Assembly: GCF_002803295.2 (NCBI RefSeq)
Contig: NZ_PGGB02000001.1
Span: forward strand, 77,477 to 109,476
Direction: 5' to 3'
From: Caedibacter taeniospiralis
GTDB lineage: Bacteria > Pseudomonadota > Gammaproteobacteria > Francisellales > Francisellaceae
DNA length: 32,000 nucleotides
Shown: positions 26,708 to 32,000 of the stretch, piece by piece
Position numbering within the stretch: position 1 is the stretch's first letter
Layout: every line of letters begins with the position of its first letter
The notes under the pieces: generated by a model
Told to the model about the DNA's origin: nothing
The model's input: the letters and a program-made list of their open reading frames with translations, nothing else
Database searches by the model: none
Program-made: the position numbers and the translations under genes

Positions 26708-27241
26708 ATGAAAAAACTCAATCTGCTTAGCATCATTTCAGGTACCGTTTTACTATCAGCGTGCGCAACTCCGCCTAACACGTCAGCGCCTGCTTTAGCC
26801 AACGAAAAGAGTGAGGCTGGCGCTCATGCGATGATGGGAGCATCAGAATTATTTGATAGCGCAGAAGCAACAGAAACGACTCATGACACTACATTACCCA
26901 CCTCAACAGTTAAACTAAGTGCTAAAGACGGTCGCTTAACTGCTAAAGTGTATACGGATTGGAATGGAGCAAAACAAGGCACTTTAAGACTTCACTGGAT
27001 TGCACCAAGCGAGTCACATTGCATGAGCACTACTTTCCCAATTATGAAATACAAAGAAGCAAGCGACTACTCGTGGGCTTATAGAACACTGCAACATGAA
27101 AGTGCCGATGGTTCTATCGCTTGTCCTGGTGTGTGGAAAGCAGAAGTGCTTTACACTCCAACCAAAGTCGTTGTGGGCAAGACCGAGCTTAATGTCTCTG
27201 CTGAAAGCACACTGACGCCAACTAAAGCGGCAACTAAATAG
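26708..27241 (+). CDS. lipoprotein of unknown function
   Basis: 177 aa. The signal peptide has a lipobox, MKKLNLLSIISGTVLLSAC. GGAAG lies upstream of the ATG. The mature part has no recognisable motif. Confidence 0.7.
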   Translation: MKKLNLLSIISGTVLLSACATPPNTSAPALANEKSEAGAHAMMGASELFDSAEATETTHDTTLPTSTVKLSAKDGRLTAKVYTDWNGAKQGTLRLHWIAPSESHCMSTTFPIMKYKEASDYSWAYRTLQHESADGSIACPGVWKAEVLYTPTKVVVGKTELNVSAESTLTPTKAATK

Positions 27242-27265
27242 TTTTTTGACAAGTCCTTGGTATTC

Positions 27266-27303
27266 TTTGCCTATCCAGAAAAATGGGCTTAGGCAAATTT
27301 TCC
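27266..27303 (+). terminator. possible intrinsic terminator after the lipoprotein gene
   Basis: TTTGCCTA (27266-27273), a 16-nt loop, and TAGGCAAA (27290-27297) are followed by TTTTCC. The loop is long, so confidence is moderate. Confidence 0.4.
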
Positions 27304-27324
27304 GCCCAAACAAAAGTCACGGTC

Positions 27325-27344
27325 ATTCCCGCGAAGGCGGGAAT
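27325..27344. repeat. REP/dRS3-like palindrome ATTCCCGC-GAAG-GCGGGAAT
   Basis: It is a perfect 8-bp stem with a 4-nt loop and has the ATTCCC-N8-GGGAAT architecture. There is only one copy in this window. Confidence 0.5.
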
Positions 27345-27467
27345 CCAGCTTTTAAATGACTCCTGCAACCTCGCATAGGGTGACAGTGGGCGGGAAGATG
27401 GTCGGAGCCGAAAAATGACTGATCCAGTAAAAATTTAAGAGCGCAAGCAACCTCGCAAGGATCAGTT

Positions 27468-28625
27468 ATGCACGCACTCAACAAAAACACAATAGACGCC
27501 TTAATAGACATCCACAGTTACTCACCACCTGAACTTGATGTCAAGAAACATTACAACTCGAGCTACCAACATGTCTTACTCACTGGTGCCAACGGCTATT
27601 TAGGCGTTCATCTAATTGATGAGCTGCTTAAACACACAGACGCTTTGGTTTATTGTGCAATTCGAGCAGAGTCAATATCAGAAGCCCAGAAGAAACTCGA
27701 TCTTAACCTACATCGCTATGGCTTCTTTGAGCATACAGCCAACCCGAGGCTTTATATTGTTTTAGTTGACCTGGCTAAACCGCAACTTGGATTAGAGGGT
27801 CTAAAATGGCAGGCAATGTGTGAAACCATTGACGCCATTTATCACAACGGTGCGTACGTCCACCACCTGCAAACCTACGAGCGCATGGCTCCCACTAATG
27901 TCGGCAGCACAACGGCAATCATTGAACTGGCAAGCCAAATAAAACTTAAACGCATTCATTTCATCTCAACTAAATATGCTGCGGTTAATTGCGTGTCAAC
28001 CATCGCCAAAGAAGGCATGCCTACTATTGCGCCTATTCATCCTGATATTAGCTTCGGCTATACCACCACTAAATGGACAGCTGAATGGCTATTGTGGAAA
28101 GCACAAGAAAATGGCATCCCTGTTGATATTTATCGCTTGGGTCAAATCACAGGACAATCGACAAGTGGCAAGAGTAATTATGAAAAAAACAATTTAACTC
28201 ATTTTATCTTGGGCTGTATCGACATGGGTTATGCACCTGATTTACAAGCACAGCACGAGATGATTCCAGTTGACCAGGCTGCCAAGAGCATCATATCTCT
28301 GTCTTTGCTGACATACCAAAAAGCCAATGGCTGGAACCTCGTTAATAATTTACAAATTACGCATGGTGATATCTTTACGATTATCAATGAACTCGGTTAT
28401 TCTATCAAAAAATTGCCACCTATCATTTGGCGCGAAAAACTCCAAAAAATTGATCAAAGTAACCCGCTTTTTCCCTTAATTTCTTACTATAACAATGACG
28501 AAACGATGCCTTTTATCACAACAGAAAATCACAAAACCATGGTCGCATTAAAAAAGCTGGGCATCAATATTACTGAAGATTATCACGCGCTTTTTAAACG
28601 CTATCTTCACTATTGGCAGAGATAG
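27468..28625 (+). CDS. stand-alone thioester-reductase (NRPS/PKS/CAR terminal R-domain-like) SDR protein
   Basis: 385 aa. VLLTGANGYLGVHL (the TGxxGxxG motif), AIYHNGA, and the YTTTKW (YxxxK) catalytic motif match the NAD_binding_4 / thioester reductase architecture. An in-frame stop lies 33 nt upstream of the ATG. Confidence 0.75.
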   Translation: MHALNKNTIDALIDIHSYSPPELDVKKHYNSSYQHVLLTGANGYLGVHLIDELLKHTDALVYCAIRAESISEAQKKLDLNLHRYGFFEHTANPRLYIVLVDLAKPQLGLEGLKWQAMCETIDAIYHNGAYVHHLQTYERMAPTNVGSTTAIIELASQIKLKRIHFISTKYAAVNCVSTIAKEGMPTIAPIHPDISFGYTTTKWTAEWLLWKAQENGIPVDIYRLGQITGQSTSGKSNYEKNNLTHFILGCIDMGYAPDLQAQHEMIPVDQAAKSIISLSLLTYQKANGWNLVNNLQITHGDIFTIINELGYSIKKLPPIIWREKLQKIDQSNPLFPLISYYNNDETMPFITTENHKTMVALKKLGINITEDYHALFKRYLHYWQR

Positions 28626-28698
28626 GTTTGGATTGTAGAGACGGGTTTGAAACCCATGAAACCCTGGAAAGTATCTATCAGTGCAAGATAGCAAGCTA

Positions 28699-28812
28699 GG
28701 GGTCAGGTCTGAAACCTGACATTTTCGAATGCGCGCCTGAGCGTAAACCCACTTCACTTGCACCAAAAAAAGTTACCTACTTCGGCTAGTGTCAAATTTC
28801 AGGTCTGACCCC
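28699..28812. repeat. pair of ~20-nt imperfect inverted repeats bracketing 74 bp (MITE/REP-like) between convergent genes
   Basis: GGGGTCAGGTCTGAAACCTG at 28699-28718 matches the reverse complement of 28793-28812 (GGGGTCAGACCTGAAATTTG) at 16 of 20 positions. Both copies share the core TCAGGTCTGA. Confidence 0.45.
28702..28725 (+). terminator. rho-independent terminator after the reductase gene
   Basis: GTCAGGT (28702-28708), loop CTGAA, and ACCTGAC (28714-28720) are followed by ATTTT. Confidence 0.5.
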
Positions 28813-28813
28813 C

Positions 28814-29887
28814 TCATTCGCTAAATTCAACTTTAACTCCGGGCATATTAATCATCATCGCCTTCGGCAACTGGGCAATATCAACTGCCAGTTTTAATGC
28901 GATGTCAGCATAGGCTTTAGCAATCCTTGAATCACTATTTATTGCACTGGGTTGACCACGATCAGCATCTTCTCTTATGGCAATGTCTAAAGGTAACGCA
29001 CCCAGTACTGGAATGCTAAACTGCTGGCACAGCTTATCTGCTGCCTGTTCTCCAAAAATATGCGACTCATGCCCGCAGTTTTGGCAGGTGTGTGTACTCA
29101 TATTTTCAACAACACCCGCAACATAAATATCAAGTTTATTAAACATAGCTACCGCTCTTTTGGCATCAATAAGCGATAAATCCTGTGGGGTTGTAACGAT
29201 GATTGCTGCGGTCAATGGAATTTTTTTAGTCATCGTCAGCTGAATATCACCCGTGCCTGGAGGCAAATCAATAAAAAGATAATCAAGCTCACCCCAATGG
29301 GTGTCATTGAGCAATTGCATTAAGGCACCCGAAACCATGGGACCGCGCCAAATAATTGCTGAATTCTGATCGACAAGATTGCCCACAGAAATCATTTTGA
29401 CCCCGTGACATACAAGCGGCTCAATTTTTTTCTTATCATTCGTCACTGGATTGTTAATATTCCCCATAATAAGCGGCTGGCTTGGACCATAAATATCGGC
29501 ATCCAAAATCCCAATTTTCGCCCCCATCCGCGCAAGAGAAATGGCTAAATTAGCCGTTATCGTTGACTTACCAACGCCACCTTTTCCTGAAGCCACGGCA
29601 ATAATATTCTTAATTCCTTTTATTGGCTTGATACCTTGCTGCACCTTGTGCGTTAAAATCTCATTATGAATCACAAATTCAAAGGCTTGATTCATATTTT
29701 GAGCATATAAATAATCGCTTAGCTCTGAGGTAAGCTGCTCAATCTGCACAGTAGTTAATGGAACCCCCGGTTTTATATGGACATAAGCAGCTCCATCTTT
29801 CTCAATGACTTGTATCGAGTCTAAAAACACCGATGGAGATAAGCCAAAAATAAGCTGCTGATAAGCTTGTAAACACTGCTGTAGCAT
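28814..29887 (-). CDS. apbC: Fe-S cluster carrier ATPase ApbC/Mrp
   Basis: It has the deviant Walker A motif VASGKGGVGKST, ILDADIYGPS, and the CxxC motif CQNCG. I prefer ATG 29887 over the ORF-track TTG at 29935. Confidence 0.88.
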   Translation of the reverse strand: MLQQCLQAYQQLIFGLSPSVFLDSIQVIEKDGAAYVHIKPGVPLTTVQIEQLTSELSDYLYAQNMNQAFEFVIHNEILTHKVQQGIKPIKGIKNIIAVASGKGGVGKSTITANLAISLARMGAKIGILDADIYGPSQPLIMGNINNPVTNDKKKIEPLVCHGVKMISVGNLVDQNSAIIWRGPMVSGALMQLLNDTHWGELDYLFIDLPPGTGDIQLTMTKKIPLTAAIIVTTPQDLSLIDAKRAVAMFNKLDIYVAGVVENMSTHTCQNCGHESHIFGEQAADKLCQQFSIPVLGALPLDIAIREDADRGQPSAINSDSRIAKAYADIALKLAVDIAQLPKAMMINMPGVKVEFSE

Positions 29888-29953
29888 AAGAAACAAATAA
29901 TAATTTAATTTAGATTTGCCGTAGTCTAACGCCAAGGCGCTTATTTTGCCAGG

Positions 29954-30598
29954 TTAAATTCGATATGCCAGGCTTGTCATGACTTTTGATTGCGCTTTCA
30001 TTACCAGCTTTGCCCATAGTGGAAATTCAGCCCCCCCAGCAAGTTTAGCTTTGTCAGCGTGCTCTTTTTCATCTTTATACATCTGCGTTAAAATAACTCG
30101 TGATTTTTCATCTTGCACTGGAAGTTCGCTTAAATGCGCCTCCAAATGTCGCATGACTTGCTTTTCAGTTTCAATCACAAAGCCATAGCTGATCTTATCA
30201 CTAATAAGCCCAGCTGTAGCGCCAATGGCAAACGATCCGATATACCATAATGGATTTAATAAACTCTTCCTGGCGTCAAGATCCTCTAGTCTGCCTTCAC
30301 ACCAGGATAAGTGGTTATATTCTTCCTCCGCAGCATGATGTAAACGCGCTTTAGTTTCGATCGATTTAGCTACAAAAGCCTGACCACGGTACAGCGCTTG
30401 CGCGCATATCTCACCGGTATGATCGACGCGCATAAGCCCTGCAACATGCTTTGACTCTTTGGCACTCAACGTTGATTCGTCAACTTCATGAGCAGGTGTT
30501 TCCATTATTGGGTTTTTAGCAGTCAGCACAACAGATTTCACAAAATGCTGCAGCTCCCCCAAACATTGATCTAGAAAAGAATAACGGCGTAATGGCAT
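29954..30598 (-). CDS. coq7: demethoxyubiquinone hydroxylase (Coq7 family di-iron monooxygenase)
   Basis: 214 aa. MRVDHTGEICAQALYRGQ and the EExxH di-iron motifs (EEEYNHL, DEKEHAD) are present. Confidence 0.88.
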   Translation of the reverse strand: MPLRRYSFLDQCLGELQHFVKSVVLTAKNPIMETPAHEVDESTLSAKESKHVAGLMRVDHTGEICAQALYRGQAFVAKSIETKARLHHAAEEEYNHLSWCEGRLEDLDARKSLLNPLWYIGSFAIGATAGLISDKISYGFVIETEKQVMRHLEAHLSELPVQDEKSRVILTQMYKDEKEHADKAKLAGGAEFPLWAKLVMKAQSKVMTSLAYRI

Positions 30599-30633
30599 AA
30601 TTTACTTCTTATCGGATCTTCCTCAGATACCTT

Positions 30634-32000
30634 TCATTCAACTAAAAAAAGCTCAGGCTTTTTACCCTTGCCGTCATCCTCCGTTTTACGAAATGGCAGG
30701 GTAAAAGAGAAGTAGCGACCTTCAAATAAATGTTCATTAAGATCTTCCCCGCCACAGAGTACGTCTGCATAGTGCATGGCTAAGGATACATCATACGCAA
30801 AATCATGCTTATCAAAGGCAACACGCGTTTGCGATTTATACACCATGTGTTCCGCACGGATCTCGTCCTCCTCCACTTCTACAAAGGGCAGGGGACCTTT
30901 AAAGTCAAAGGTCACGTAAAGTATATCATGATAGCCGTCTTCAGCGGTGATGCTTAAATGAATATCGTCTTTGCGTCTTTTTTTATCAATACCTTTGGTG
31001 TAGTTAGCAAATAAAGTCCTCAAAATATGCTGGAGTTTTCTATAGTCAACATCGAGCTTTTGTTTTGACTTTTCATCCATCTCATATGACACTTTCACAT
31101 CAAATTCAGCACTGATGCAGGACTCGGCAAGACCCACTTCAGTTTTAATCAGATTTTCCATGCGCAGTGGAATCTCATGTTTCTGATCAAAATACTTGAT
31201 ATTTTCTTCTGCACCAATAACGGTGCTATATAGCTTGTGATACATGGTGTACAGCTCAGACAGGCTTTCGTTCAGGATATAGAACTGATCATTGAGATCG
31301 TACTCAAGCTTGGCTGCAATATCGAGCCGCTTGAGTCGATGCTCAATCTCCGCGACTGCATTTGAAACTGCTTTAATAGAATCTACCCATTCGTAGCCTG
31401 CAGACTTCAGATAGCTGTGCTGAAATTGCAGTTTTTTCTCCAGCTGGTTTTTCTGGCGAATGGTTTCTTCCTGAAGTTTTTTGCGTTCGGTGATGTCAGT
31501 TGAAATACCACAAACACCAAAAATATTCTTATTTTCATCGTATAAAGGAGAAAGCACAACATCAAAGAAAACAGTTTCGCCAGTTTTTGGATTGACAACA
31601 CTTTCTTCGCAGTGTATTTGCTTTCCAGTTTGAATCACGCTTTTATGGTGAGCAATAATTTCCTCTGCCATTTCCTTGGGATGATTTTCCAATGGAGTTT
31701 TTCCTAAAACATTTTCAAGTTTCACGCCTGCACTTTTGAGTATAAACGTATTTGCTCCTATCAGTTTATGATTTAAGTCGCACCAATAAAAACCGCCTGG
31801 AATCTTTTCAGCAAACTCTTCGAATAAATGTTGTTGAAAGGCCAGTTGTTTTTCCAATTGCCCTTTTTGTCTTTTACGTTCGGTAATGTCAACAGAGATT
31901 CCACACGTACCGATAATGTTTTTATTTTCATCATATAATGGTGCAATAGCTGCATCGAACACTTTGGTTTCCCCTGTTGTTCTATCCACAATTGACTCCT
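30634..32000 (-). CDS. multi-PAS sensor protein with degenerate histidine-kinase-like C-terminal module (N-terminus beyond the right edge)
   Basis: The frame is open through base 32000 (..ESIVDRTTGE), so the ORF-track GTG at 31989 is not the true start. It contains two near-identical PAS ends (TGET.(V/F)FD..(I/L)(A/S)PLYDENKNI.G.CGIS.DITERK). After these come an H-box-like segment with Tyr in place of His and an N-box-like LQHILRTLFANYTKG, with no G1/G2 boxes. Confidence 0.75.
   Translation of the reverse strand, partial: ESIVDRTTGETKVFDAAIAPLYDENKNIIGTCGISVDITERKRQKGQLEKQLAFQQHLFEEFAEKIPGGFYWCDLNHKLIGANTFILKSAGVKLENVLGKTPLENHPKEMAEEIIAHHKSVIQTGKQIHCEESVVNPKTGETVFFDVVLSPLYDENKNIFGVCGISTDITERKKLQEETIRQKNQLEKKLQFQHSYLKSAGYEWVDSIKAVSNAVAEIEHRLKRLDIAAKLEYDLNDQFYILNESLSELYTMYHKLYSTVIGAEENIKYFDQKHEIPLRMENLIKTEVGLAESCISAEFDVKVSYEMDEKSKQKLDVDYRKLQHILRTLFANYTKGIDKKRRKDDIHLSITAEDGYHDILYVTFDFKGPLPFVEVEEDEIRAEHMVYKSQTRVAFDKHDFAYDVSLAMHYADVLCGGEDLNEHLFEGRYFSFTLPFRKTEDDGKGKKPELFLVE

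Noticed and set aside
27323-27511. 62-aa minus-strand ORF ending ..KAGFPPSRE
   Set aside because: It is read through the ATTCCCGC..GCGGGAAT palindrome and across the start of the reductase gene. This is a typical artefactual ORF created by a REP-like repeat.
28548-28766. 72-aa minus-strand ORF in the reductase/apbC spacer
   Set aside because: It spans the inverted-repeat/terminator element and overlaps the 3' end of the reductase gene. It has no RBS and no motif.

Overview
This is 32 kb of a Gram-negative, gammaproteobacterium-like chromosome. It looks moderately AT-rich by eye, and a resemblance to Legionellales-type proteins is only an impression. I can support 31 protein-coding genes, four intrinsic terminators, one good sigma70-type promoter and a few palindromic or inverted repeats. 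I saw no rRNA, tRNA, CRISPR array, transposase or integrase. Backbone genes are glmM (a 5' fragment at the left edge, missing from the ORF track), glpX, a LysR regulator, a TDT/TehA-type transporter, coaBC, mutL, ilvE, rpsL-rpsG-fusA-rpsJ, yraN, prlC, an M50 protease plus Mth938-like pair, apbC/mrp, coq7, and a PAS sensor that runs off the right edge. The best candidate for an undescribed system is an eight-gene, translationally coupled minus-strand operon (12070 -> 4284). It encodes a cytidylate-kinase::AGE-family epimerase fusion, a YqiA-type esterase, an ACP-less KS-DH-KR-KS module, DapF, and an AstE/AspA-type zinc deacylase. The first KS in that operon has an apparent 1-nt frameshift that cuts off its conserved FGGNN..SLI C-terminus. 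Other notable points: an orphan 736-aa protein with a PilX-like N-terminal anchor and four tandem CBM5/12-like repeats; a str operon with no tuf gene, whose rpsJ is cut off from the rest of the S10 operon by a terminator; a stand-alone thioester-reductase-domain protein preceded by a structured repeat-bearing leader; an orphan XRE antitoxin-like gene; and a PAS protein whose kinase-like module looks catalytically degenerate. All functional calls come from reading motifs by eye. No database search was possible.
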